From Escherichia coli (GTDB taxonomy: Bacteria > Pseudomonadota > Gammaproteobacteria > Enterobacterales > Enterobacteriaceae), in NCBI RefSeq assembly GCF_022846255.1, contig NZ_AP025682.1: DNA of 64,000 bases; one strand, given 5' to 3'. The position numbers and the translations under genes are program-made. Below the pieces are notes generated by a model, which was not told the DNA's origin, ran no database searches, and saw nothing but the letters and a program-made list of their open reading frames with translations. Below, in pieces: positions 1-14,170 of the stretch (position 1 is its first letter; every line of letters begins with the position of its first letter).

Positions 1-340
1 AAGTGTACGGTGCGGAGTTATCCGGCAGACGTTTGATCCACTCTTTATCAATCCGCCCGCGTTCCGCAATCGCGTCCACGTCATAGGCCAGAGCCAGCGT
101 GACAACATCAGCTTCAATACCGTTGATTACCGACGTCGCTTGTTTGCCTGAACCACCGTGTGACTGACGAATCACCACGTTATCGCCAGTTTGCTGTTTC
201 CAGTGGGCGCTGAATGCCTTGTTGTACTGTTCGTACAATTCGCGCGTTGGATCATATGAAACGTTAAGAAGCTGAATATCCTTTGCCATAACGCTGGTTG
301 CCGCCAGCAAAAATGTTAACCCTACGCCCCACTTTTTCAT
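1..340 (-). CDS. sbp: Sulfate-binding periplasmic protein Sbp, N-terminal part only (gene continues past the window start)
   Basis: Minus-strand reading from ATG at 338-340 gives [43 protein letters not shown]..., recognised as the Sbp signal peptide and N-terminus; position next to pfkA matches K-12 synteny. Confidence 0.85.
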   Translation of the reverse strand, partial: MKKWGVGLTFLLAATSVMAKDIQLLNVSYDPTRELYEQYNKAFSAHWKQQTGDNVVIRQSHGGSGKQATSVINGIEADVVTLALAYDVDAIAERGRIDKEWIKRLPDNSAPYT

Positions 341-499
341 CGCCCGACTCTCTTATGTTGTGTTGTGATGAGCAAAGCGTGCCAGAAGGTTGACCAAACA
401 TTAAAGAATAAAAAAAGATTGGCTATAACTTGCGAGTATATGTTGGGGGATTAAAAAGGCGGAAGAAATCCGCCTCATATTGCTGACAAAGTGCGCTTT

Positions 500-610
500 G
501 TCCATGCCGGATGCGGCACAAACGCCTTATCCGGCCTACAAAAGTTTGCAAATTCAATAGATTACAGAATTCATGTAGGCCTGATAAGCGAAGCGCATCA
601 GGCCTTTTTG
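500..610. repeat. REP/BIME palindromic units in the sbp–pfkA intergenic region
   Basis: gccggatgcggcacaaacgccttatccggcctac and gtaggcctgataagcgaagcgcatcaggcc, the canonical E. coli REP consensus. Confidence 0.6.
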
Positions 611-659
611 CTTCTGTCATCGGTTTCAGGCTAAAGGAATCTGCCTTTTTCCGAAATCA

Positions 660-1622
660 TTAATACAGTTTTTTCGCGCAGTCCAGCCAGTCGCCTTTGA
701 ACGGACGCTTCATGTTTTCGATAGCGTCGATGATGTCGTGGTGAACCAGCTGTTCGTTCTGGATACCTACGCAACGACCACCGTAACCTGCCAGCAGCAG
801 CTCGATAGCGTAAGCGCCCATACGGGAAGCCAGAATACGGTCGTAAGGCACCGGAGAACCACCGCGCTGGATGTGGCCCAGCACAGTTGCGCGGGTTTCA
901 CGGCCGGTTTCTTTCTCGATGAAATGCGCCAGTTCGTCAACATCACACATATGTTCGGTAATCGCCACGATCGCGTGTTTTTTACCTTTCGCGATACCCG
1001 CTTTGATTTCGTTTACCAGGTCTTCACGGCTGAATTCAACTTCCGGAACCACAACGAATTCACAGCCACCGGCAATGGCCGCAGCCAACGTCAGATCGCC
1101 ACAATAACGGCCCATCACTTCCACCACGGAAATACGCTGGTGAGAAGAAGAGGTGTCACGCAGACGGTCGATCGCTTCTACAACGGTGCTCAGCGCAGTG
1201 AAGAAACCGATCGTGTAGTCAGTGCCTTTGATGTCGTTGTCGATAGTGCCCGGCAGGCCGATGCACGGGAAGCCCATTTCGGTCAGACGCATTGCACCCA
1301 TGTAGGAACCGTCACCGCCGATAACCACCAGCGCGTCGATCCCACGTTTTTTCAGGTTTTCGATAGCCACGGCGCGGATGTTCTCGTCGCGGAATTCCGG
1401 GAAACGCGCAGAACCGAGGAACGTACCACCACGGTTGATCATGTCAGAAACGCTGTAACGGTCTAGCTGTACCATACGGTCTTCATACAGACCCAGATAG
1501 CCGTCATAAATGCCCATTACTTCCAGACCTTCTGTCAGCGCAGAACGAACAACCCCGCGAATTGCGGCGTTCATGCCTGGCGCATCACCGCCGCTTGTCA
1601 ACACACCGATTTTCTTAATCAT
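660..1622 (-). CDS. pfkA: 6-phosphofructokinase I
   Basis: ORF 660..1718 contains [25 protein letters not shown]...; true start is the internal Met at 1620-1622, giving 320 aa; upstream part of the listed ORF is a spurious N-terminal extension. Confidence 0.95.
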   Translation of the reverse strand: MIKKIGVLTSGGDAPGMNAAIRGVVRSALTEGLEVMGIYDGYLGLYEDRMVQLDRYSVSDMINRGGTFLGSARFPEFRDENIRAVAIENLKKRGIDALVVIGGDGSYMGAMRLTEMGFPCIGLPGTIDNDIKGTDYTIGFFTALSTVVEAIDRLRDTSSSHQRISVVEVMGRYCGDLTLAAAIAGGCEFVVVPEVEFSREDLVNEIKAGIAKGKKHAIVAITEHMCDVDELAHFIEKETGRETRATVLGHIQRGGSPVPYDRILASRMGAYAIELLLAGYGGRCVGIQNEQLVHHDIIDAIENMKRPFKGDWLDCAKKLY

Positions 1623-1802
1623 GACTACCTCTGAACTTTGGAATGCAAAATGAAATCTGTTGCCGGAAGTCTTCTTGCACATCGAAGTGATCCAACGAAT
1701 GTGCAAATAGTATAACAATCACTTCCTGCTGAATTGATTCAGGTCAGGCCAAATGGCGGTATTTTATACACAAAATGCGGGTCTGGCTCTCTTTTATACT
1801 GA

Positions 1803-2705
1803 TTATGAAAGCATAGACCGTTTACCCTCCCTGGGTACGACGGAACAGGGGTCCTGATGGATAATCACATCCGATCCCGGAAAACGCCGTAAAATAGCCT
1901 GCTCTACCTGATCCGCCACCATATGTGCCTGAACCAAAGGCAGAGAGTCTTCCATTTCCAAATGAATCTGAATAAAGCGGGTCGGCCCTGACTGCCGCGT
2001 GCGAAGATCGTGAGCGCCGCTAACACCCGGCCAGGAAGTCACGATATCAATAATTTCTTGCCGTTCCTCATCAGGCAATGCGCGATCCAGTAATGACTGT
2101 ACCGCCTCATATCCCATGCGTAACGCGCTATATAAAATATAGATGCCGATCCCCAATGCAAACAGAGCATCGGCGCGATGCCAGCCGTACCAGGACAACC
2201 CCAGCGCCAGCAGAATTGCGCCGTTCATCATAACATCAGACTGGTAATGTAGCATATCAGCCCGCACCGCCTGGCTTTGCGTCCGGCGCACCACCCAACG
2301 CTGAAACGAGACAAGGATAATCGTACAAATTAGCGCCACAATTGTCACGATAACCCCGACGCCTGGATCTGTCATCGGTGTTGGAGATACCAGATGTTGA
2401 ATACCCGTCAAAAACAGGAATAGTGCCGAACCGGAGATAAACATACTTTGCGCCAGCGCCGCGAGGGACTCAGCTTTACCGTGACCAAACGAGTGATTAT
2501 CGTCGGCAGGTTGCAGGGAATATCGCACCACCAGTAAATTCGTCAACGACGCGCCGATATCCACCAGCGAATCCACCAGCGCGGCGAGAATACTCACCGA
2601 CCCGGTATACCACCATGCAAAAATTTTAATCAGCAATAGCAGCGAAGCCATCGCCGTCGCAGCAATCGCCGCCCGACTGACCAGCCGTCCATAAGATTGA
2701 TTCAT
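1803..2705 (-). CDS. fieF: Cation-diffusion-facilitator Fe/Zn efflux transporter FieF (YiiP)
   Basis: ORF contains [40 protein letters not shown]...; start set at the internal Met (2703-2705), 300 aa; multi-TM CDF-family protein. Confidence 0.9.
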   Translation of the reverse strand: MNQSYGRLVSRAAIAATAMASLLLLIKIFAWWYTGSVSILAALVDSLVDIGASLTNLLVVRYSLQPADDNHSFGHGKAESLAALAQSMFISGSALFLFLTGIQHLVSPTPMTDPGVGVIVTIVALICTIILVSFQRWVVRRTQSQAVRADMLHYQSDVMMNGAILLALGLSWYGWHRADALFALGIGIYILYSALRMGYEAVQSLLDRALPDEERQEIIDIVTSWPGVSGAHDLRTRQSGPTRFIQIHLEMEDSLPLVQAHMVADQVEQAILRRFPGSDVIIHQDPCSVVPREGKRSMLS

Positions 2706-2792
2706 AAATACTCCCGCTATCAACTGACGGTAGTATAACGGAAGCAAATCATCTGCAATGCATTAAGCAGCAGGCAAATTGAGGATAAAAAA

Positions 2793-2815
2793 AACCCCCA
2801 CATCATGTGGGGGAA
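2793..2815 (-). terminator. Rho-independent terminator of cpxP
   Basis: Plus strand aaaaaaacccccacatcatgtggggg; on the minus strand a GC stem cccccacatgatgtggggg followed by a T-run. Confidence 0.6.
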
Positions 2816-2853
2816 GACAGGGATGGTGTCTATGGCAAGGAAAACAGGGTTTA
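2793..2853 (-). ncRNA. cpxQ: CpxQ, sRNA processed from the cpxP 3' UTR (positional inference)
   Basis: Segment between the cpxP stop (2854) and its intrinsic terminator; CpxQ is known to derive from this 3' UTR in enterobacteria; exact ends not verifiable here. Confidence 0.4.
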
Positions 2854-3354
2854 CTACTGGGAACGTGAGTTGCTACTACTCAATAGCTTCAACGATGAAC
2901 TTTTTTGCCATTGCGTCACGTCGCGCAACTGCTCCATTCGTTGTTGATGTTTCTCGTTTAAAACCGCTTGCTGCTCCGGCGTTAACAGGCGATACATTTG
3001 GTTGCGGACTTTTGCCATCTCAACCTGACGAGCAATTTGCTCATTCGCCATTTTTTCTGCCTGTGCGCGCACAGCGTTTTCATCAAAATTTTCTGCGGTG
3101 ACAAGGCGATGCATTGTCTCCAGTTCGCTAACATTAACAGGAGGCTGTTCGTGCCGGGCCTGTTGCATAAGATCTCGCATCTGCTGACGCTGATGTTCGG
3201 TTAAACTTATGCCGTCGAACATATGGCTCTGCGTACTGCGCTGCGTAAGTTCTTCACCCGGATGCCAGTTATCGCCTGAACCGACTTCAGCAGCGTGGCT
3301 TAATGAACTGACTGCCAGCGTTGAGGCCATGACGGCAGCGGTAACTATGCGCAT
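2854..3354 (-). CDS. cpxP: Periplasmic Cpx-pathway adaptor/inhibitor CpxP
   Basis: [24 protein letters not shown]... with two LTxxQ-like segments ([24 protein letters not shown]); divergent from cpxRA as in K-12; 166 aa from the second Met. Confidence 0.9.
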
Positions 3355-3433
3355 CATTTGCTCCCAAAATCTTTCTGTCGCGATTCAACGATAGAGAGTT
3401 TACGATTCAGGCTGCAAACATGCGTCAGGGGGT

Positions 3434-3448
3434 GTAAAACAACGTAAA
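3434..3448. promoter_or_regulatory. CpxR~P binding box in the cpxP/cpxRA divergent promoter region
   Basis: gtaaaacaacgtaaa matches the consensus GTAAA-N5-GTAAA. Confidence 0.6.
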
Positions 3449-3503
3449 GTCATGGATTAGCGACGTCTGATGACGTAATTTCTGCCTCGGAGGTATTTAA
3501 ACA

Positions 3504-4202
3504 ATGAATAAAATCCTGTTAGTTGATGATGACCGAGAGCTGACTTCCCTATTAAAGGAGCTGCTCGAGATGGAAGGCTTCAACGTGATTGTTGCCCACG
3601 ATGGGGAACAGGCGCTTGATCTTCTGGACGACAGCATTGATTTACTTTTGCTTGATGTAATGATGCCGAAGAAAAATGGTATCGACACATTAAAAGCACT
3701 TCGCCAGACACACCAGACGCCTGTCATTATGTTGACGGCGCGCGGCAGTGAACTTGATCGCGTTCTCGGGCTTGAGCTGGGCGCAGATGACTATCTCCCA
3801 AAACCGTTTAATGATCGTGAGCTGGTGGCACGTATTCGCGCGATCCTGCGCCGTTCGCACTGGAGCGAACAACAGCAAAACAACGACAACGGTTCACCGA
3901 CACTGGAAGTTGATGCCTTAAGTCTCAATCCTGGTCGCCAGGAAGCCAGCTTCGACGGGCAAACACTGGAGTTAACCGGTACTGAGTTTACCCTGCTCTA
4001 TTTGCTGGCACAGCATCTGGGTCAGGTGGTTTCCCGTGAGCATTTAAGCCAGGAAGTGCTGGGCAAGCGCCTGACGCCTTTCGACCGCGCTATCGATATG
4101 CACATTTCCAACCTGCGTCGTAAACTGCCGGATCGTAAAGATGGTCACCCGTGGTTTAAAACCCTGCGTGGTCGCGGCTATCTGATGGTTTCTGCTTCAT
4201 GA
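3504..4202 (+). CDS. cpxR: Envelope-stress response regulator CpxR (OmpR family)
   Basis: MNKILLVDDDRELTSLLKELLEMEGFNVIVAHDGEQALDLL...; receiver domain plus winged-helix; 232 aa. Confidence 0.95.
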   Translation: MNKILLVDDDRELTSLLKELLEMEGFNVIVAHDGEQALDLLDDSIDLLLLDVMMPKKNGIDTLKALRQTHQTPVIMLTARGSELDRVLGLELGADDYLPKPFNDRELVARIRAILRRSHWSEQQQNNDNGSPTLEVDALSLNPGRQEASFDGQTLELTGTEFTLLYLLAQHLGQVVSREHLSQEVLGKRLTPFDRAIDMHISNLRRKLPDRKDGHPWFKTLRGRGYLMVSAS

Positions 4203-5572
4203 TAGGCAGCTTAACCGCGCGCATCTTCGCCATCTTCTGGCTGACGCTGGCGCTGGTGTTGATGTTGGTTTTGATGTTACCCAAGCTCGATTCACGCCAG
4301 ATGACCGAGCTTCTGGATAGCGAACAGCGTCAGGGTCTGATGATTGAGCAGCATGTCGAAGCGGAGCTGGCGAACGATCCGCCCAACGATTTAATGTGGT
4401 GGCGGCGTCTGTTCCGGGCGATTGATAAGTGGGCACCGCCAGGACAACGTTTGTTATTGGTGACCACCGAAGGCCGCGTGATCGGCGCTGAACGCAGCGA
4501 AATGCAGATCATTCGTAACTTTATTGGTCAGGCCGATAACGCCGATCATCCGCAGAAGAAAAAGTATGGTCGCGTGGAACTGGTCGGTCCGTTCTCCGTG
4601 CGTGATGGCGAAGATAATTACCAACTTTATCTGATTCGTCCGGCCAGCAGTTCTCAATCCGATTTCATCAACTTACTGTTTGACCGCCCGCTATTACTGC
4701 TGATTGTCACCATGCTGGTCAGTACGCCGCTGCTGTTGTGGTTGGCCTGGAGTCTGGCAAAACCGGCGCGTAAGCTGAAAAACGCTGCCGATGAAGTTGC
4801 CCAGGGAAACTTACGCCAGCACCCGGAACTGGAAGCGGGGCCACAGGAATTCCTTGCCGCCGGTGCCAGTTTTAACCAGATGGTCACCGCGCTGGAGCGC
4901 ATGATGACCTCTCAGCAGCGTCTACTTTCTGATATCTCTCACGAACTGCGCACCCCGCTGACGCGTCTGCAACTGGGTACGGCGTTACTGCGCCGTCGTA
5001 GCGGTGAAAGCAAGGAACTGGAGCGTATTGAAACCGAAGCGCAACGTCTGGACAGCATGATCAACGATCTGTTGGTGATGTCACGTAATCAGCAGAAAAA
5101 TGCGCTGGTTAGCGAGACCATCAAAGCCAACCAGTTGTGGAGTGAAGTGCTGGATAACGCGGCGTTCGAAGCCGAGCAAATGGGCAAGTCGTTGACGGTT
5201 AACTTCCCACCTGGGCCGTGGCCGCTGTACGGCAACCCGAACGCCCTGGAAAGTGCGCTGGAAAACATTGTTCGTAATGCTCTGCGTTATTCCCATACGA
5301 AGATTGAAGTGGGCTTTGCGGTAGATAAAGACGGTATCACCATTACGGTGGACGACGATGGTCCTGGCGTTAGCCCGGAAGATCGCGAACAGATTTTCCG
5401 TCCATTCTATCGGACCGATGAAGCACGCGATCGTGAATCTGGCGGTACAGGTTTGGGGCTGGCGATTGTAGAAACCGCCATTCAGCAGCATCGTGGCTGG
5501 GTGAAGGCAGAAGACAGCCCGCTGGGCGGTTTACGGCTGGTGATTTGGTTGCCGCTGTATAAGCGGAGTTAA
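4199..5572 (+). CDS. cpxA: Envelope-stress sensor histidine kinase CpxA
   Basis: 457 aa; H-box SHELRTPLTRL, HATPase region DDDGPGV...GGTGLGLAIV; start overlaps the cpxR stop (atga). Confidence 0.95.
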   Translation: MIGSLTARIFAIFWLTLALVLMLVLMLPKLDSRQMTELLDSEQRQGLMIEQHVEAELANDPPNDLMWWRRLFRAIDKWAPPGQRLLLVTTEGRVIGAERSEMQIIRNFIGQADNADHPQKKKYGRVELVGPFSVRDGEDNYQLYLIRPASSSQSDFINLLFDRPLLLLIVTMLVSTPLLLWLAWSLAKPARKLKNAADEVAQGNLRQHPELEAGPQEFLAAGASFNQMVTALERMMTSQQRLLSDISHELRTPLTRLQLGTALLRRRSGESKELERIETEAQRLDSMINDLLVMSRNQQKNALVSETIKANQLWSEVLDNAAFEAEQMGKSLTVNFPPGPWPLYGNPNALESALENIVRNALRYSHTKIEVGFAVDKDGITITVDDDGPGVSPEDREQIFRPFYRTDEARDRESGGTGLGLAIVETAIQQHRGWVKAEDSPLGGLRLVIWLPLYKRS

Positions 5573-5595
5573 ACTCCGCATTTGTAGGCAGGATA

Positions 5596-5670
5596 AGGCG
5601 TTTACGCCGCATCCGGCATTTGAGCAGGATGCCTGATGCGACGCTGATAGCGTCTTATCAGGCCTACACT
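5596..5670. repeat. REP/BIME elements in the cpxA–yiiM intergenic region
   Basis: gccgcatccggcatttgagcaggatgcctgatgcgacgctgatagcgtcttatcaggcctac. Confidence 0.55.
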
Positions 5671-5677
5671 CCGGGGG

Positions 5678-6352
5678 TTATTTTCCCCACAAACGGCGGG
5701 AAAAATCTTCGATCTTGCCGCTAAGTCGGCGCTTTTGCATCGTTCGCGTCCAGCTTTTCGATAACCCTGCGGCGGAGAGTAAACGGTGATACTGATCGTC
5801 ATCAAACGGCATATGCCATGCGATGGCGGCAGCCTCCTGCACGGTCACATCGCTGACACGGGAAACCAACTCCAGCGGCGCATCAGCAGATACCAACCCT
5901 GGTGCAATTACGCTATACAACCACCCCACTTTACCCGTGTTTTGCATCAACTGCGCTATATCGCTGATATCAAAATGGTAATTGAGTTTATAGCAAGGTG
6001 AGCGTGGCTGGCTGACCTGAATTAATGCCTCTCCCCAGCGGAAAATATCACCAATATAAACATTACTTTCCGTCAGACCGTCGGTTGAGAGATTTTCGCC
6101 AAACGCAGGCGCAACAAACAGCTCCGCCTGTTCCGGAAATTCCCGCGCCCAGTAGAGATAATGCTCACGAGGATAATGACACAGCGCTCTGTCTGGCCCG
6201 CCGTGGATCTTTTTCTCCGCCTGTTCGTCACCTTCCAGCCCCAGGTCCGTCAGCATCAACTCACCATCAACCTGGATTTTGGCAATTGCGCTGGGTTTGC
6301 CTTCGGGATAAGCCTGAATCTTGCCTGTGTATACATCAACCGGATATCGCAT
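5678..6352 (-). CDS. yiiM: MOSC-domain protein YiiM
   Basis: ORF contains MRYPVDVYTGKIQAYPEGKPSAIAKIQVDGELMLTDLGLEGDEQAEKKIHGGPDRALCHYP...; start set at the internal Met to give 224 aa. Confidence 0.85.
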   Translation of the reverse strand: MRYPVDVYTGKIQAYPEGKPSAIAKIQVDGELMLTDLGLEGDEQAEKKIHGGPDRALCHYPREHYLYWAREFPEQAELFVAPAFGENLSTDGLTESNVYIGDIFRWGEALIQVSQPRSPCYKLNYHFDISDIAQLMQNTGKVGWLYSVIAPGLVSADAPLELVSRVSDVTVQEAAAIAWHMPFDDDQYHRLLSAAGLSKSWTRTMQKRRLSGKIEDFSRRLWGK

Positions 6353-6500
6353 CTGTTCCCTCTCCACGAGAAATTTCCCCATTAGACCATATTTATTTTA
6401 TGTCAGGCGTGCTGTTTTCGCGGTAAGTATCCAGGCAGAAACGCAATTGAAAACCGGACGAACGTTAGTTCATCCGGCTGTGGGGATTAAGGAAGTTGGT

Positions 6501-7202
6501 TTATTTCACCGTACCTAAAATTTCGATTTTCGCCGCTCTGGCTTTGACTTTACGTGACCAGATAGAGGTAAGAATTGGCACCAGAATCGAAGTCACAATG
6601 ACCGCCGTCGCTACCAGCGAAGTTGCTGCCGGAGCCATAGGTTTAAACGCAGGCACCATTTCTGCAATCAGCACAGGTGTCGCTACCGCGGCCCCTGCGG
6701 AACTGGAAGCGGCAATTCCGGCAGTGCCCAGAATAATCATCGTCATGAGCGGCCCGGACTCCAACGACATCAACACAAATGCCCCAGCTTCTTCTTTTGT
6801 GCCGTACTGCTGCATGATGGAAGCGTAAAGTCCGCCGTTGGTCATATCCATCGCCGCCACCAGCGCCAGCGTTGAAAGTCCGGCAAAGAATCCAACTTCA
6901 ACACCATGTTCCGGAATAATGCGCGAGGCAATTGCCGCAACCACCCACGCGACGGCAATTTTAGTTACCACCAGCGTACCGGATTTACGCAGTACCGTTC
7001 CCGTCGCGCTTAATTTTATTGACGCCCCCATGCAAAAAAACCACACCGCCAGAATGGGCACCGTACCGGTAATCATCCCGTTGGTGAATGATCCAAAATA
7101 TTTCCCCGCCCCCGGCGAGAAGGTGTGGCACAGTGCGCCAAGGAATAGCGGGACGAGCATCATCCCCCCCGGGATTTTCTCAATCGAGCGTTTTATCTGC
7201 AT
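6501..7202 (-). CDS. kdgT: 2-keto-3-deoxygluconate permease KdgT, shortened (~233 aa versus the 327 aa I recall for K-12), apparently by an in-frame internal deletion
   Basis: [39 protein letters not shown]... N-terminus and ...[30 protein letters not shown]-terminus are present; the middle is missing around ...[12 protein letters not shown]|[13 protein letters not shown] (about 6711-6728). Confidence 0.75.
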   Translation of the reverse strand: MQIKRSIEKIPGGMMLVPLFLGALCHTFSPGAGKYFGSFTNGMITGTVPILAVWFFCMGASIKLSATGTVLRKSGTLVVTKIAVAWVVAAIASRIIPEHGVEVGFFAGLSTLALVAAMDMTNGGLYASIMQQYGTKEEAGAFVLMSLESGPLMTMIILGTAGIAASSSAGAAVATPVLIAEMVPAFKPMAPAATSLVATAVIVTSILVPILTSIWSRKVKARAAKIEILGTVK

Positions 7203-7321
7203 TTCCATCACCTGTCGGCATATTTTTAAGGGCTGATGCGTAATTCCTCAACGGAGCATCAATGTTGATGAAAACGAAGATAGACATTCATTTAATCAAT
7301 AAAAGTGATCAAAACCACATC

Positions 7322-7341
7322 AATTGAAACACTGTTTTATT
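7322..7341. promoter_or_regulatory. Candidate KdgR operator upstream of kdgT
   Basis: aattgaaacactgttttatt resembles the KdgR box (AATRAAAYnnnnRTTTYATT) about 120 bp upstream of the kdgT start. Confidence 0.4.
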
Positions 7342-7377
7342 TTTATCAGATTATTGTTTTTATTTTGAAATTAATCA

Positions 7378-7406
7378 CAAAAAAACCACCGCCGTTGGCG
7401 ATGGTT
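7378..7406 (-). terminator. Rho-independent terminator downstream of sodA
   Basis: Minus strand: stem accatcgcc/ggcggtggt followed by a 7-T run. Confidence 0.5.
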
Positions 7407-7461
7407 CATTCTTTAAGCTGATATGCGGCGTAAACGCCTCATTGCAGCAGGCGGCAAATGA

Positions 7462-8082
7462 TTATTTTTTCGCCGCGAAACGTGCCGCTGCTTCGTCCCA
7501 GTTCACCACGTTCCAGAACTCTTTGATGTAGTCCGGACGGCGGTTCTGGAATTTCAGGTAGTAAGCATGTTCCCACACATCCAGGCCCACAATCGGGAAG
7601 CCGGAAGCGCCAGAAATAGCTTCACCCATCAGCGGGGAGTCCTGGTTAGCAGTAGAAACCACCGCCAGTTTATCGCCTTTCAGCACCAGCCATGCCCAGC
7701 CGGAACCAAAGCGGGAAGCTGCCGCTTTCTCAAATTCTGCTTTGAAGTTATCAACGGAACCGAAGTCACGTTCGATAGCCGCTTTCAGGTCACCCTGCAG
7801 GGTGGTGCCTTTTTTCAGACCTTTCCAGAACAGACTGTGGTTAGCGTGACCACCAGCGTTATTGCGCAGTACGGTTTTCTTGTCTGCTGGCAGCTGGTCC
7901 AGTTTGGTGATCAGCTCTTCAACCGGCAGGTTAGCGAATTCTGGCAGGTTTTCCAGCGCCGCGTTGGCGTTGTTGACGTAAGTCTGATGGTGTTTGGTGT
8001 GGTGGATTTCCATGGTCTGCTTATCGAAGTGCGGTTCCAGGGCATCGTAAGCATACGGCAGGGATGGCAGGGTATAACTCAT
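7462..8082 (-). CDS. sodA: Manganese superoxide dismutase
   Basis: [44 protein letters not shown]...; 206 aa from the second Met. Confidence 0.95.
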   Translation of the reverse strand: MSYTLPSLPYAYDALEPHFDKQTMEIHHTKHHQTYVNNANAALENLPEFANLPVEELITKLDQLPADKKTVLRNNAGGHANHSLFWKGLKKGTTLQGDLKAAIERDFGSVDNFKAEFEKAAASRFGSGWAWLVLKGDKLAVVSTANQDSPLMGEAISGASGFPIVGLDVWEHAYYLKFQNRRPDYIKEFWNVVNWDEAAARFAAKK

Positions 8083-8367
8083 ATTCATCTCCAGTGTTGT
8101 CGGGCGGCCGATTGTTAATGCCGCGTAAGCAGTTGGTTCATTATAGTTAATTAAATGATATTGAAAATGATTATCAATGCCGTACTTTTCATAAGGGTAT
8201 GGTTTTGCAGGAAAATGCCCAAGATGTGAAGCAAATCACCCACTTAATGCCGTGATTGCCAGTAAATCGGCAGCGGCGGCAACAGGCGAAAGGTTAATCG
8301 ACAGCTCAATTTTTACACTCATCTCGTCGGAGATGTGACGCGACGAAAAAATGATGAGGATAAGAAG

Positions 8368-9402
8368 ATGAGTAACGCGATTACGATGGGGATATTTTGG
8401 CATTTGATCGGCGCGGCCAGTGCAGCCTGTTTTTACGCTCCGTTCAAAAAAGTAAAAAAATGGTCATGGGAAACCATGTGGTCAGTCGGTGGGATTGTTT
8501 CGTGGATTATCCTGCCGTGGGCCATCAGCGCCCTGTTACTACCGAATTTCTGGGCGTATTACAGCTCGTTTAGTCTCTCTACGCTGCTGCCTGTTTTTCT
8601 GTTCGGCGCTATGTGGGGGATCGGTAATATCAACTACGGCCTGACCATGCGTTATCTCGGCATGTCGATGGGAATTGGCATCGCCATTGGCATTACGTTG
8701 ATTGTCGGTACGCTGATGACGCCAATTATCAACGGCAATTTCGATGTGCTGATTAATACCGAAGGCGGACGCATGACGTTGCTCGGTGTTCTGGTGGCGC
8801 TGATTGGCGTAGGGATTGTAACTCGCGCCGGGCAGTTGAAAGAGCGCAAGATGGGCATTAAAGCCGAAGAGTTCAATCTGAAAAAAGGGCTGGTGCTGGC
8901 GGTGATGTGCGGCATTTTCTCTGCCGGGATGTCCTTTGCGATGAACGCCGCAAAACCGATGCATGAAGCCGCTGCCGCGCTGGGCGTCGATCCCCTGTAT
9001 GTCGCTCTGCCAAGCTATGTTGTCATCATGGGCGGCGGCGCAATCATCAACCTCGGCTTCTGCTTCATTCGTCTGGCAAAAGTGAAAGATTTGTCGCTAA
9101 AAGCCGACTTCTCGCTGGCAAAACCGCTGATCATTCACAATGTGTTACTCTCAGCACTGGGCGGGTTGATGTGGTATCTGCAATTCTTTTTCTATGCCTG
9201 GGGCCACGCCCGCATTCCGGCGCAGTATGACTACATCAGCTGGATGCTGCATATGAGCTTCTATGTATTGTGCGGCGGTATCGTCGGGCTGGTGCTGAAA
9301 GAGTGGAACAATGCAGGACGCCGTCCGGTAACGGTGTTGAGCCTCGGTTGTGTGGTGATTATTGTCGCCGCTAACATCGTCGGCATCGGCATGGCGAATT
9401 AA
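8368..9402 (+). CDS. rhaT: L-rhamnose–proton symporter RhaT
   Basis: [42 protein letters not shown]...; 344 aa from the internal Met; polytopic membrane protein. Confidence 0.9.
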
Positions 9403-10247
9403 TCTTTCTGCGAATTGAGATGACGCCACTGGCTGGGCGTCATCCCGGTTTCCCGGGTAAACACCACCGAAAAATAGTTACTATCTTCAAAGCCACATTC
9501 GGTCGAAATATCACTGATTAACAGGCGGCTATGCTGGAGGAGATATTGCGCATGACACACTCTGACCTGTCGCAGATACTGATTGATGGTCATTCCAGTC
9601 TGCTGACGAAATTGCTGACGCAAAACGCGCTCACTGCACGATGCCTCATCACAAAATTTATCCAGCGCAAAGGGACTTTTCAGGCTAGCCGCCAGCCGGG
9701 TAATCAGCTTATCCAGCAACGTTTCGCTGGATGTTGGCGGCAACGAATCACTGGTGTAACGATGGCGATTCAGCAACATCACCAACTGCCCGAACAGCAA
9801 CTCAGCCATTTCGTTAGCAAACGACACATGCTGACTACTTTCATGCTCAAGCTGACCGATAACCTGCCGCGCCTGCGCCATCCCCACGCTACCTAAGCGC
9901 CAGTGTGGTTGCCCTGCGCTGGCGCTAAATCCCGGAATCGCTCCCTGCCAGTCAAGATTCAGCTTCAGCCGCTCCGGGCAATAAATAATATTCTGCAAAA
10001 CCAGATCGTTAACGGAAGCGTAGGAGTGTTTATCGTCAGCATGAATATAAAAGAGATCGCCACGGGTAATGCGATAAGGACGATCGTTGAGTACATGCAG
10101 ACCATTACCGCGCCAGACAATCACCAGCTCACAAAAATCATGTGTATGTTCGGCAAAGACATCTTGCGGATAACGGTCAGCCACAGCGACTGCCTGCTGG
10201 TCGCTGGCAAAAAAATCATCTTTGAGAAGTTTTAACTGATGCGCCAC
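9399..10247 (-). CDS. rhaR: AraC-family activator RhaR
   Basis: C-terminal AraC HTH (...[39 protein letters not shown]); start placed at GTG 10245-10247 (…[12 protein letters not shown]) for a 282-aa product; in-frame ATGs further upstream (to 10358) are alternatives. Confidence 0.85.
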
Positions 10248-10320
10248 CGTGGCTACCTCGGCCAGAGAACGAAGTTGATTATTCGCAATATGGCGTACAA
10301 ATACGTTGAGAAGATTCGCG

Positions 10321-11157
10321 TTATTGCAGAAAACCATCCCGTCCCTGACGAATATCACGCGGTGACCAGTTAAACTCTCGGCGAAAAAGCGTCGAAAAGT
10401 GGTTACTGTCGCTGAATCCGCAGCGATAGGCGATGTCAGTAACGCTGGCCTCGCTGTGGCGTAGCAGATGTCGAGCTTTCATCAGTCGCAGACGGTTCAG
10501 GTAACGCTGAGGCGTCAGCCCCGTTTGCTGCTTAAGCTGGCGATGCAGCGTACGCAATGAAAGAGAAAATTGATCCGCCACAGCGTCCCAATTCACCTCA
10601 TCGGCAAAATGGTCCTCCAGCCAGGCCAGAAGCAAGTTGAGACGTGATGCGCTGTTTTCCAGGTTCTCCTGCAAACTGCTTTTACGCAGCAAGAGCAATA
10701 ATTGCATAAATAAGATCTCGCGACTGGCGGTCGAGGGTAAATCATTTTCCCCTTCCTGCTGTTCCATCTGTGCAACCAGCTGTCGCACCTGCTGCAATAC
10801 GCTGTGGTTAACGCGCCAGTGAGACGGATACTGCCCATCCTGCTCTTGTGGCAGCAACTGATTCAGCCCGGCGAGAAACTGAAATCGATCCGGCGAGCGA
10901 TACAGCACATTGGTCAGACACAGATTATCGGTATGTTCATACAGATGCCGATCATGATCGCGTACGAAACAGACCGTCCCACCGGTGATGGTATAGGGCT
11001 GCCCATTAAATACATGAATACCCGTGCCATGTTCGACAATCACAATTTCATGAAAATCATGATGATGTTCAGGAAAATCCGCCTGCGGGAGCCGGGGTTC
11101 TATTGCCACGGACGCGTTACCAGACGGAAAAAAATCCACACTATGTAATACGGTCAT
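10321..11157 (-). CDS. rhaS: AraC-family activator RhaS
   Basis: [50 protein letters not shown]...; 278 aa; cupin plus AraC HTH. Confidence 0.9.
   Translation of the reverse strand: MTVLHSVDFFPSGNASVAIEPRLPQADFPEHHHDFHEIVIVEHGTGIHVFNGQPYTITGGTVCFVRDHDRHLYEHTDNLCLTNVLYRSPDRFQFLAGLNQLLPQEQDGQYPSHWRVNHSVLQQVRQLVAQMEQQEGENDLPSTASREILFMQLLLLLRKSSLQENLENSASRLNLLLAWLEDHFADEVNWDAVADQFSLSLRTLHRQLKQQTGLTPQRYLNRLRLMKARHLLRHSEASVTDIAYRCGFSDSNHFSTLFRREFNWSPRDIRQGRDGFLQ

Positions 11158-14170
<3,013 letters not shown>

Noticed and set aside
738-1466. 242-aa plus-strand ORF inside pfkA
   Set aside because: Entirely antisense to the well-supported pfkA coding sequence; composition typical of a shadow ORF
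5786-6518. Cluster of small plus-strand ORFs (71, 133, 74, 65 aa)
   Set aside because: All overlap yiiM on the opposite strand or the yiiM–kdgT spacer; no RBS support
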